Shown here piece by piece: positions 10,032-19,018 of a DNA stretch of 64,000 nucleotides. Source of the stretch: Bacteroidales bacterium. GTDB lineage: Bacteria > Bacteroidota > Bacteroidia > Bacteroidales > Muribaculaceae. Location of the stretch: NCBI GenBank assembly GCA_900769345.1, contig CAAGGJ010000164.1:15654-79653 (forward strand), written 5' to 3'. Every line of letters begins with the position of its first letter. Position 1 is the first letter of the stretch. The notes beneath the pieces are model-generated. The model did no database searches and was not told the origin of the DNA. It saw nothing but the letters and a program-made list of their open reading frames with translations. The position numbers were made by a program, and so were the translations under genes.

Positions 10032-10073
10032 AACAGACCTCGCTCAACACAAGTCCTGCGAGGTCTGTTTTTT
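10032..10073. terminator. bidirectional rho-independent terminator between convergent genes
   Basis: AACAGACCTCG (10032..10042) pairs with CGAGGTCTGTT (10059..10069): an 11-bp perfect stem. A T-run lies at 10068..10073 and an A-run just upstream. Confidence 0.7.
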
Positions 10074-10091
10074 ACGATTATTTTTGCGTGA

Positions 10092-11705
10092 TTAAAACTT
10101 CTGTTCGTCGATTACATTACCCTCGGCATCGATTACTCGCCAATGAGTGATATTGCGAGCTTCCGACGACAATACGATACCACACTTCGTGACCCTACGC
10201 CCATCCGATTGGTATGGTATGGCATAGCCCTTACTATCGATTTGCGACAAAGCGCCATCCACCGTGTCGTCAACCTTAAGTTCGAGCACAAATATATCGT
10301 GCTTGGTCTTTATCACCACATCAGCCCGGCCAAGTATGCTCTTAACCTCAGTATCGACAGTAGAATTCAGCATCGAAAACACCATATAAATCAGCAATTT
10401 ATAGAAGCTTTCGCGACTATTCTTACTATCCCACTCTTGCTTGGTTATAATATCGTATGGTATTTTGGCAATATACGCCCGCAAGGCAGTGAGAGCTCCC
10501 GAGATATTACCCATATGCAACGCATCGGTCATATCGAACACCAAACTATTGCTCTCAGCAGTAGTTTGCTTCAATATCAGTGGCATTAAACCGTTCACCA
10601 TACCCTGTCTCACCTCATAATTGGGGAAATGAAGAGTATATGATCTCTGCAGCATATTATATGAAGCGATGGTGAGATATCCACTCTGATAAAGTAATGG
10701 CATAGGTGTTTGAGCGCCCTCGCAGGGTACATTAAATTCATTCTCTCCCACTCTGACACCATCATACTCCAGCGGATTAAAGTCGGGATAATGGCGCAAA
10801 TGATCTATTAGCGATGCCGTAGTACCCGAATCGAACCAATATTGACGTATTTCGTTATTATTAAGCGCATTCAGCAAACTGAACGGTGCATACACATCCC
10901 TACTATTCTTCGAAAAATGATAACCATCGTAGTTTCTTTTGAGCAAAGCATACGCCTCCTCTACGGTTATCTGCAGATTTCGTGCAAATTCCTCCACACA
11001 TGGACGCAATGTGCTATTGAGCTCCTCTTGAGTAATGCCGCAAATGCCCGAATACTCATCGAGCATCGATATTTGATACAGATTGTTCAACTCCGAGAAA
11101 ATGCTGAGTTGAGAGTACTTGGTAACACCCGTGATAAACACAAATCTCAAATATGCGCCCTCATCCTTAAGAACTTGATAAAACTCGCGAAGCATGGTTC
11201 GCATAGCCTCAAGCGGTTCGGGGTCATACATCAGTCGCATTATGGGAGAGTCGTATTCGTCGAGAATCACCACCGCTTTCTCTCCGGTTTTCTCACAGGC
11301 TCTATGTATCAAGTCTCTCAATCTACCTCCGGGCGTAACTCCATAGACAGATTCGCCATAAAAGGCTTCATATCCGCTTAGCAATGCCTCAAGCTTGCCT
11401 CTCGCCTCGGCTATAGTGCAATTTTTGAGCCCGCTCATAGAGAAATGAAGCACCGGATAGCGCCGCCACTCCTTCTCAAACTGCGTTATCTTCAAGCCCT
11501 CGAAGAGTTCCTTCTGTCCCTGAAAATATGCCTTAAACGTATTGCAAAGCAGCGACTTACCGAATCGGCGAGGCCGCGCAAGAAACACATACTGATATCG
11601 CTCGACAAGGTCATAAACCATATCGGTCTTGTCGACGTAAACCTTACCTTGCTCGCGTATCAGCTGAAACTGGTCGGTATCTACCGGATATCTAAATCTT
11701 CTCAT
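10092..11705 (-). CDS. AAA-ATPase-like N-terminal domain fused to a PD-(D/E)XK nuclease-like C-terminal domain (PDDEXK_9-type), orphan
   Basis: 537 aa with a P-loop-like ARPRRFGKSL. The C-terminal segment GRADVVIKTKHDIFVLELKVD has a D...ExK nuclease-like pattern. It is about 70% identical by eye to the 57611..59230 paralogue. Confidence 0.85.
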   Translation of the reverse strand: MRRFRYPVDTDQFQLIREQGKVYVDKTDMVYDLVERYQYVFLARPRRFGKSLLCNTFKAYFQGQKELFEGLKITQFEKEWRRYPVLHFSMSGLKNCTIAEARGKLEALLSGYEAFYGESVYGVTPGGRLRDLIHRACEKTGEKAVVILDEYDSPIMRLMYDPEPLEAMRTMLREFYQVLKDEGAYLRFVFITGVTKYSQLSIFSELNNLYQISMLDEYSGICGITQEELNSTLRPCVEEFARNLQITVEEAYALLKRNYDGYHFSKNSRDVYAPFSLLNALNNNEIRQYWFDSGTTASLIDHLRHYPDFNPLEYDGVRVGENEFNVPCEGAQTPMPLLYQSGYLTIASYNMLQRSYTLHFPNYEVRQGMVNGLMPLILKQTTAESNSLVFDMTDALHMGNISGALTALRAYIAKIPYDIITKQEWDSKNSRESFYKLLIYMVFSMLNSTVDTEVKSILGRADVVIKTKHDIFVLELKVDDTVDGALSQIDSKGYAIPYQSDGRRVTKCGIVLSSEARNITHWRVIDAEGNVIDEQKF

Positions 11706-12341
11706 AGTGCTGCCCTTTATAACATTATCATTTTGTAAAGTTAATGATTTTGCCGAACATTTTCAGTATTTTTCGATTTTTATTGATTTGCATACCATTT
11801 TTCAAGTATTTTCAAGTATAATACATTATATTGCTGTCCGACAAAAATTTTTTGAGCGAATGAAATAGTGTAGCGTTTTATTCAATAAATACGTTGTACT
11901 GCATAAAATAGCATATATTTTGTGCAATATATTTTTCTAATTGAAGAAAATATTATAATTAATCTTGTCATCGTCACTAATAACGACAAGCGTACGGTCG
12001 AAAAAGATGGTTATAAGATAGATGTAGTACCCATCTCAGAATTTTGACGGTATGTATGTCCTAATATTTAGCATAAAGTAGGAAGGCGTTGCTAAAGCGG
12101 ACAGCACTTAGTAATCCTTAAAATATAGATTTTAGGAGAATAGCCACAAAAAACAGATATTGCTTTGCATCGCCTGATTTTTGGGTGACGCAATGACGAA
12201 GCCTGAAAACATATTCTGCTCATAGCAAAGTAATCGAGGTGGTGGGGCTCCAACAAATGGAATCCGCCCATCTATATTACCCGAGAAAGAAGCCTACTTT
12301 TCAAATATCTCAAAGTGTAAACAAATACAACGTCAATAACG

Positions 12342-12374
12342 AAAAAACCTGGCGCTCCTTCACGGAGAACCAGG
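12342..12374 (-). terminator. rho-independent terminator of the 12437..13000 gene
   Basis: The minus strand reads CCTGGttCTCCgtgaaGGAGcgCCAGG followed by TTTTTT (12347..12342). It lies 63 nt past the stop codon. Confidence 0.6.
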
Positions 12375-12436
12375 CCGTCGATTGTTTTTTGTTAAACAAA
12401 TCGTGGATAAACAAATAGAGTAGGTTAAAGCAGACG

Positions 12437-13000
12437 TCAGCGTCGGAGTGATTTTGCCACACGCTGCTCGTCCTTGCGATCGTAGTTGTTAACCGAGTCA
12501 CCGGTTTCTTTAAACGCTACCGGCACACTGAGTTTCCAGGTGCCATCAATGCGTCGTGGATTTAACTTATAATCGATATAGTTCGGCCGATTGTCGCCGG
12601 GTTGTTTCACAAACATTTCCACGCGAACTGTCACCTCGGTATCTTCCTCGCCGTACATACGCAAGTCGGTGATATAATAGTCGTAAACAGGCACGCTATT
12701 ATACACTATCATCACCTGACGGCGTTCGTCGTCCGACAATGCCATTGAGCCATCGTCCTTTTCGCTGTAGAGCATACCGAGTGCCGCATCAAACTCCTTA
12801 TCTTGCAATGCCCTAAAATAAGCCAGTGCAAGATTTTTGACAGCTGTAGTATCGGCAGCCGTACGCTCCATAGTGTCGTCCATACGGCTGTGTTGGATGC
12901 TGTCTGGATCTACGCCTTGCTTATCGCTGCTGCCGCTGTGACATGCTGCCATCAGCAGTAGCATGGGCAATATTATATATGTTAGTTTTATGTACTTCAT
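12437..13000 (-). CDS. hypothetical lipoprotein
   Basis: I place the start at ATG 13000..12998, giving MKYIKLTYIILPMLLLMAACHSG (lipobox MAAC). The 27 codons upstream in the track ORF have no signal-peptide logic. I did not recognise the family. Confidence 0.6.
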   Translation of the reverse strand: MKYIKLTYIILPMLLLMAACHSGSSDKQGVDPDSIQHSRMDDTMERTAADTTAVKNLALAYFRALQDKEFDAALGMLYSEKDDGSMALSDDERRQVMIVYNSVPVYDYYITDLRMYGEEDTEVTVRVEMFVKQPGDNRPNYIDYKLNPRRIDGTWKLSVPVAFKETGDSVNNYDRKDEQRVAKSLRR

Positions 13001-13132
13001 CCTATTAGTAGTATAATCCGGTTTATCCAATAATATCTTGATGATGAAAGAACGGGGTCGCGCTCTATTTTGCGGCCCCATTCTATTATTTGGTTCATCA
13101 TTAGCACTGCGTCACTGCAGTGATGTGTGCGA

Positions 13133-16100
13133 TTAGTGCTTGTTGATGCGTACTTTTACCTTAACGGTTTCCTTACCCCACTTGTGCTCGATAGATACCG
13201 GTACGTAGATATCGTATGGCATCTGAGTCAAGTTACCAGAGTTCTGATATTCGAGGTCACCGTTTTCGTTTACGATTACAGCCACGTTGGTTGGCAACTG
13301 ACCTTCTGAATAACCGTCCTTGTGGATGATGTTTACACCGTCTTCCCACAAGCTGGTAGTTACCTTAGCTACCTTAACGCCATTTACTTCTTCGTATTCG
13401 AAGTTGCAGTATTCTACGTTGTAGAAGCTCCAGAATTTATTACCTTGTTTCAATTCCACTTTCTCACCCTGCCAGTCGGTAATGGTGATAAGTTCCGCAA
13501 ATTTGAGAATTTGACTATCGTGGAGTGCGTCTGTCCAAGATTTACCATCATTACCTGCAATATGCAATGGCTTAACGAATTGTACGGCATACTTACCGAT
13601 GTTCATTTCATCCGACAACTCACCGTCTACGATAACGCTAATAGGCAATGTTGCGTTCAACTTAAATTCAGGCTTAACAGCATCGGCTGATTCACAACCT
13701 TCGATATAAGTGCGAGCTACGTCAACACCCCAGTTGCCACGTACACCGATTTCTGTGTAATCTACAGCATTGGTGATAGTATTATCTGCCTTGTTTGCTT
13801 CAGCTACTTCAGGCAAGTAGTATTCGAGAGCTTTTTCGCGTTCTGTTTCTACCATGTAGTCAACTTCAGGCTTAACCCACTGGAATCCGTAACCCTTAGC
13901 CAACCACTTATCGATATCGGCTATTGTGCTGAGCACTTCGCCTTCGGCATCAGTTACCTTAACCTTAGGAGCAGTTGCATCTGAATTCATGTTGAAGCCG
14001 TCGTATACATTGAATACATACTTAGTGGTTGCGTTTTTACCATATTGAGTAGAGATTAGTGATGGGTTAGCCATGATAACACCTTCGTCTACTTGCTTAG
14101 GATCTGAAGCATTGGCAATACCTGCTATACCACCTACCCATGGAGTTTCGAGATAACCGATAGTGTAGTATGGGCGCTTGATAATCATTGTGAAGTCGAT
14201 AGTCAATTCGTCACCGTTATTGCTCTTGAACTTAACTGTAGCAGTAGTTTCACGTTTGCTCTTATAGTTATTAGCTACGCCACCAAGCTCGGTGTTAGCC
14301 CATACCTTTGTTGCCTTCCAAGTAGGCTGATTCTTATCAACTGGGATAGTCAAAGCATAGTTACCATCAGCGTCAAACTTGAACCAGCTTGCATCTACGC
14401 GATTGCCTTCTGACTCAACAGCCATTGTCCAATTATCTTCATTTAGCAATTCATCTTTTGTAATACCAAGAACTTTATAGAACTTTTCAGTAAGTTCATC
14501 AACGCCGAGGTTCATAGTCATTGCATTTGGTTCGCTCGAAAGAACGAGAGTAGCCTCAGCAGCAAGCTTAACCACTACATTACCACCAATCTTAAGACGG
14601 AAGTAAGATTCGGTAACTACTTGTTCGCCATCCATTACGCGGCAACGAACAACCGGAGTGCGGCCCTTAGCTGCTGTAGCGTTTTCGAATGTTACCACAC
14701 CTTCTGGAGTAACTTCCTTGAGGTATTGCATGTGGTCTTGAGAAGAACCTTCTGGCTTGTATTCGCGTGCCGGCTTGTCAAATGTTACAGTGAAGCCTGC
14801 ACGTTCGAGGTCTGCCTTAGTCCAAACGGTGCTTGTTTGGTCAGCATGTTGCATAATCACGCATACTGAGTCAGCAAGGTTGATTTCGCCTGCCATTGGC
14901 ACTTCTACTTGATAGATAGTAGTTTCTTCGTTGGCTTGACGTGGATCGCTGAATGCATTGATGCTGTCAGGGTTCATATAGATTGGGCGAGCCGAAGTAG
15001 CTACTTTGCCTTCGAGTGCGCTACCTACAAAGAACTTAACAGTTTCGGCAGTTGAGCGAACTTGTGCATAGTCAGAATATACATAAGCTTCAGTTTCGCC
15101 CTTAGCAAGAGCTGCGCCCTTCAACGGCATCTGCAAGCATACGATATCTACAACGTCGCCTTCACCATCACGCAATTTGTCAACCATTTGCTTAACCTTG
15201 AACTTGAGTACGCTACCGTTCTCGATAGTCCAGCTGTCGGCGATAGGAGCAATCACTTCTTCACCTGCGCGTGTGATAGCTGTGCTGCACATAAACTTCA
15301 TAGCAGCCAAGTCAAGAGTGCTTTCGTCAACGCCGCTTGGGTTGAGACGATAATTAACTTCTGTATCGAGAGCCTTATAGATAGTTCCAGCTTCCAATGC
15401 ATCACCTTCGCCTTCTACGATTGCTTCAGCAAGCACACCTTCTTCGTTGTTGATTTGTGGAACATATTCGAAGTTTTCGAACAAGATAGTTTCGATACCA
15501 CCAATGAAGTAGTTAGGTATGTATTGCATGCTGGTAAGACGCTTCATCACCAAAGTGTGGATAGTGCTCAAATCAGCGCTAACTATATTTTCGACAGACT
15601 TCTTAAGTTCGGTCAACTCGGTCTTAAGACCTTCTATGCTCTTAGAATTATCGCCAATAAGTTTGTTAGCTGCTTCGATATCTTCACCAAGCTTCTTAGC
15701 ATCTTTCACCAATTGTTCGATAGTTTTACCTTGTTGATCCACAGCTTCCTTAAGTGCAGGATAAGTCTGGCTGAGGTCGGCAAGGAGGTCGGCATACTTA
15801 GCGAGAGCATCTATCTGCACTTGCAAGTCAGCCTTAGCCTTAGCTATCTGATATTTAATAGAGCCTTCGGTATTCTCATCGGCATTCAAAATACCGAGTT
15901 TTTCTTGAATACCATCGATGCGAGCACCTAAAAGCACGCTCAATGCTTTAATTTCCTGATCGGTATAACCCTTACCGGCTTCGATAGCAGCATTGATGTC
16001 GGCAGTAACTTGGGCATATTGCTTAGCAAGTTCTTCGCTAATCTTGGCAGCAATCTCGGCAGTGATTTGCTCGTGAAGCTTAGCTATTTCGGCATCGGTG

Positions 16101-16648
16101 TAAGCATTACCGGCCTTCTCAGCTTCTGCGATTTTGTCAAGAATAGTAGAAGTGAGCAGCGCAATTTGAGCATCGGTGTAACCATTAGCTTCGGCTTGAG
16201 CAGTAGCAATGGCAGCAATCATCTCGTTGCGCAAAGCAGCCATATTTTCTGTGCAAGCATTCTTGCACTCCAAGATAGCAGCCTCAATCAACTTCTTAGC
16301 TTCTTCGATAGCTTCGGCTTTGGCAGTAGCAGCGGCAGCCTTAGCTTCTTCCTTAGCCACCTTATCGGCATATGCCTTAGCCTCATCGAGTGCGCCGGCG
16401 GCTTGAGCCTCGGCATACTTCTTTGCAGCCTCTTCTGCGGCTGCGGCTGCAGTGGCTGCATCCTTTTTAGCCTGCTCCAATGCTGTCTGCAATGCTGCAA
16501 GCTGCTCATTAAAGGTAGCCTTATCCGACTTTATTTGCTCGTTGATTTGGTCGATGTCGTCATCGTAGTCGTTACAAGAAACCATACCAACCGAGCTTGC
16601 CATCGTCAAAGCTCCAATCATAAAGAAATTCAAAAACTTTTTCTTCAT
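13133..16648 (-). CDS. giant surface lipoprotein: roughly 340-aa Ala/Glu/Lys coiled-coil stalk plus roughly 800-aa globular C-terminal region
   Basis: 1171 aa with lipobox MVSC followed by NDYDDDIDQI, the style of N-terminus I associate with DUF4988-type Bacteroides lipoproteins. Residues about 26-370 are heptad-like and Ala-rich, with a recurring A-x-x-Y-[TA]-D-x-x-[IV] motif. I did not recognise the C-terminal domains. Confidence 0.85.
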   Translation of the reverse strand: MKKKFLNFFMIGALTMASSVGMVSCNDYDDDIDQINEQIKSDKATFNEQLAALQTALEQAKKDAATAAAAAEEAAKKYAEAQAAGALDEAKAYADKVAKEEAKAAAATAKAEAIEEAKKLIEAAILECKNACTENMAALRNEMIAAIATAQAEANGYTDAQIALLTSTILDKIAEAEKAGNAYTDAEIAKLHEQITAEIAAKISEELAKQYAQVTADINAAIEAGKGYTDQEIKALSVLLGARIDGIQEKLGILNADENTEGSIKYQIAKAKADLQVQIDALAKYADLLADLSQTYPALKEAVDQQGKTIEQLVKDAKKLGEDIEAANKLIGDNSKSIEGLKTELTELKKSVENIVSADLSTIHTLVMKRLTSMQYIPNYFIGGIETILFENFEYVPQINNEEGVLAEAIVEGEGDALEAGTIYKALDTEVNYRLNPSGVDESTLDLAAMKFMCSTAITRAGEEVIAPIADSWTIENGSVLKFKVKQMVDKLRDGEGDVVDIVCLQMPLKGAALAKGETEAYVYSDYAQVRSTAETVKFFVGSALEGKVATSARPIYMNPDSINAFSDPRQANEETTIYQVEVPMAGEINLADSVCVIMQHADQTSTVWTKADLERAGFTVTFDKPAREYKPEGSSQDHMQYLKEVTPEGVVTFENATAAKGRTPVVRCRVMDGEQVVTESYFRLKIGGNVVVKLAAEATLVLSSEPNAMTMNLGVDELTEKFYKVLGITKDELLNEDNWTMAVESEGNRVDASWFKFDADGNYALTIPVDKNQPTWKATKVWANTELGGVANNYKSKRETTATVKFKSNNGDELTIDFTMIIKRPYYTIGYLETPWVGGIAGIANASDPKQVDEGVIMANPSLISTQYGKNATTKYVFNVYDGFNMNSDATAPKVKVTDAEGEVLSTIADIDKWLAKGYGFQWVKPEVDYMVETEREKALEYYLPEVAEANKADNTITNAVDYTEIGVRGNWGVDVARTYIEGCESADAVKPEFKLNATLPISVIVDGELSDEMNIGKYAVQFVKPLHIAGNDGKSWTDALHDSQILKFAELITITDWQGEKVELKQGNKFWSFYNVEYCNFEYEEVNGVKVAKVTTSLWEDGVNIIHKDGYSEGQLPTNVAVIVNENGDLEYQNSGNLTQMPYDIYVPVSIEHKWGKETVKVKVRINKH

Positions 16649-16801
16649 TTTTTAGGTTTTTAAGTTAATAAAATAAACTATGTTATCACAAAAATTATTC
16701 TAACAAATAATGCTGTCGCAACGCATAATTATCCCGTTCTCCAAAGCTCAATTTCGGCCTTGAAAAGACGCTTTATTCGTCGCCACAATCTATATTGCTT
16801 G

Positions 16802-16809
16802 CAAAATTA
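16802..16809 (-). promoter_or_regulatory. candidate -7 promoter box for the giant lipoprotein gene
   Basis: The minus strand reads TAATTTTG (TAnnTTTG), 154 nt upstream of the ATG at 16648 and just downstream of the HTH gene stop. Confidence 0.35.
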
Positions 16810-16821
16810 AGTTAAGAAAAT

Positions 16822-17208
16822 CTACTCCTTGTTAGGATTAATGTCAGATGTTTTTACACTTTCGTCGGTATTCTTTACACTATCTTTTTCCTCGTCGGAT
16901 GCAATTTTCAACCTCAAAGTCACTTCGTTGTTTATTAGCATTTTAGCATCCACTTTCACTTCCACCACATTGCACTCCACCGGCAATTCGGCATAATAGA
17001 CATTGCCTATAAAATCGTAGTCGAGCATCTCCGATATCAGTATCAGTCGGTCGATGTCGATGGTTTTGCCCGATAGTATTCCATAAAGCGCCGGACGCGA
17101 CACATGTATCAGTTTGGCGAAATGTGTATACGACATTCCGCTGCTATCGAGTCGCTGCTTTATCAGCTGACCGATGTTAATCTTGTGTACATCCTTAAAT
17201 CGTGCCAT
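16822..17208 (-). CDS. XRE-type helix-turn-helix DNA-binding protein
   Basis: I start it at ATG 17208..17206 (MARFKDVHKINIGQLIKQRLDSSGMSYTHFAKLIHVSRPALYGILSGK), a classic HTH_XRE layout. The 135 upstream codons of the track ORF are Cys/His/Trp-rich and not protein-like. Confidence 0.7.
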   Translation of the reverse strand: MARFKDVHKINIGQLIKQRLDSSGMSYTHFAKLIHVSRPALYGILSGKTIDIDRLILISEMLDYDFIGNVYYAELPVECNVVEVKVDAKMLINNEVTLRLKIASDEEKDSVKNTDESVKTSDINPNKE

Positions 17209-17355
17209 CGTGTAACCATGCTGCTTCTCGCAGGGATTGTTGCTCCGGGCTGCATGTAGGCTGTCCACAGCCTCACCCGACTTTGTCGCTCCCTCCGGCG
17301 CTCCACAATTTTTTCGGTTAATAACAATATTAATATACTCGTTAAAAACCGACAT

Positions 17356-17391
17356 AAAAAAAGCGTGAACCGAAACCATTGTCCAGTTCAC
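17356..17391 (-). terminator. intrinsic-terminator-like hairpin inside the leader upstream of the HTH gene
   Basis: The minus strand reads GUGAACUGGA-caauggu-UUCGGUUCAC (10 bp including 2 G-U pairs) followed by GC and UUUUUUU (17362..17356). It lies about 150 nt upstream of the HTH start codon. Confidence 0.5.
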
Positions 17392-17789
17392 ACTCTGGGG
17401 CCGTGAGATTGCCTTACCGCTGAATGAACAACAGTATAGTCCACGCCCCATGCAGCCTGTATAGAAATGTACGCCAAACCACATCGCAAGCATGAGGGCA
17501 TACCTCGGGCTGCCCTGCCTACAATGATGGCTTGCGACACGTCTCAACATGTCACACACGATGAGGACATCTACCATTGCTATGTTCGCGGGGCGGTTTT
17601 TGAAATTTCTCACGTTTCAGAGTGCTCCTTAGAACTTAGCGTCTATAGTAAACGCCTTAAATATGTCAGTAATCACTTTGGCTATTTCGCCTCCGAAAAA
17701 GCTATCGCTGCGATAGTTAAATTAGCCATTTTGCCCGAAAAGTTCTACACAAAAGGCTTATTTCTTGTCACAACTCCCGTGATTTGCGA

Positions 17790-17797
17790 CAAAGATA
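17790..17797 (-). promoter_or_regulatory. candidate -7 promoter box driving the long leader or a small RNA
   Basis: The minus strand reads TATCTTTG. It is the only consensus-matching box on this strand between 17209 and 18048, about 580 nt upstream of the HTH start. Confidence 0.35.
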
Positions 17798-18000
17798 GTC
17801 ATTTTTTAAGCATATTTGCATTTCATATCGAAAAAAAGCACGCCCCATTTTGGTTTTTTGTAACCTTTTTGTTCAAATTGCCGTCTCAGCTGATAATTTT
17901 ATGTCAACACCAAGCGGCATCCTTACTGAACTTTCGTTAAGGCCGTCCAAACGATAAAAATATTTTTTGTCTTTTGGGCTGCTCTATCAGCTTATTTTAT

Positions 18001-18008
18001 TAATTTTG
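18001..18008 (+). promoter_or_regulatory. candidate -7 promoter box
   Basis: TAATTTTG lies 41 nt upstream of the ATG at 18049. Confidence 0.4.
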
Positions 18009-18048
18009 AATTCCACTTATTTCAAACCAACTTTCTAAATATCGAAAT

Positions 18049-18930
18049 ATGATTACTCTATCCAATTCCACTCTCTCTATCAGCATCAAGCGCCACGGCG
18101 CCGAACTTTGCAGCATAGTGCGCAACGGCACCGAACATCTCTGGCAGGCCGACCCTGCTATTTGGGCTCGTCACTCTCCGGTGCTATTCCCCATAGTGGG
18201 CCGCGTGTGGGAAAACCGCTACCGGGTGCTCAACCGCGAATTTTCGCTCCCACAGCACGGCTTTGCTCGCGATATGGATTTCACGCTCGAAAGCCAAACC
18301 GACACCGAGGCTTGGTGGGTGCTCGAGAGCAACTCCGAAACGCTTGCCAAATACCCATTCCCATTCCGCCTGCGCATAGGTTATGTGCTCGATACCGACA
18401 AGGTGATAGTGAAATGGGATGTAGAAAACACTGGCAACTCGCTTATGCACTTCCAGATTGGCGCTCACCCGGCTTTTGTGCTCCCTGAATTTGATGCCAA
18501 CAATAAGAGTGCTAACGGTTACTTCGATTTCGACAATCAAGGCGAACTATACTATTGCCGTCCCGGCGAAAAAGGCTGCGCCGAGACTGGTGCTCATCTC
18601 TTTGAGCCTGATTGCGGCAACACTCTTGCCATCACGCCCAATGCGTTCGGCCCCGACACTTATATCTTCGAAAACGGCCAACTGCACCGCGTGTCGATTC
18701 TTGACAAAGAGCATAAGCCATATATCAGCGTGGATTTCGACGCCCCGCTCGTGGCTCTTTGGGCACCCGTTAAGGCTCATCCCGAATGTCCATTCGTGTG
18801 CATCGAGCCATGGTATGGCCGCTGCGACTATATGCACTATGAGGGCGACTTCGCTTCGCGTGCGTGGATGAATCACCTTGAGCCGGGCAAACACTTCGCC
18901 GCCGAATACACCATCACCGTACATCGCTAA
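18049..18930 (+). CDS. aldose 1-epimerase family protein (LacX/YeaD-like mutarotase fold)
   Basis: 293 aa. The segments GAELCSIV...HLWQADPAIWARHSPVLFPIVGR and LPQHGFAR are typical of the aldose-epimerase superfamily. Confidence 0.85.
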   Translation: MITLSNSTLSISIKRHGAELCSIVRNGTEHLWQADPAIWARHSPVLFPIVGRVWENRYRVLNREFSLPQHGFARDMDFTLESQTDTEAWWVLESNSETLAKYPFPFRLRIGYVLDTDKVIVKWDVENTGNSLMHFQIGAHPAFVLPEFDANNKSANGYFDFDNQGELYYCRPGEKGCAETGAHLFEPDCGNTLAITPNAFGPDTYIFENGQLHRVSILDKEHKPYISVDFDAPLVALWAPVKAHPECPFVCIEPWYGRCDYMHYEGDFASRAWMNHLEPGKHFAAEYTITVHR

Positions 18931-19018
18931 TCACCTATCAATCCTCATATTACAGCAAAGGCTTCCCGCAACTCAGCGAGAAGCCTTTCTCTATATACAC
19001 AATGCTTTATTTTTTGCT

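Noticed and set aside
15062-16663. Plus-strand ORFs of 289 and 217 aa
   Set aside because: They lie antisense to the giant coiled-coil lipoprotein gene. Their Ser/Leu/Cys-rich composition is what the reverse complement of Ala/Glu/Lys codons produces. They have no independent start context.
17209-17613. N-terminal 135-codon extension of the HTH ORF (track ORF 16822..17613)
   Set aside because: The extension is Cys/His/Trp/Arg-rich, has no domain logic, and contains an intrinsic-terminator-like hairpin. The HTH domain starts cleanly at the internal ATG 17208. I treat the region as non-coding RNA or leader instead.
17209-17800. Possibility that the structured region is tmRNA, RNase P RNA, SRP RNA, or a TPP, cobalamin or SAM riboswitch
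   Set aside because: I looked on both strands for the hallmark strings: GAGGAAAGUCCGGGC and ACAGAA-CCGGCUUA for RNase P, a GGGG 5' end with a tRNA-like UUCGA-CCACCA 3' end and an ...ALAA tag frame for tmRNA, CUGAGA for TPP, and the GCCACUG B12 box. I found none. Only an Infernal scan could settle it.
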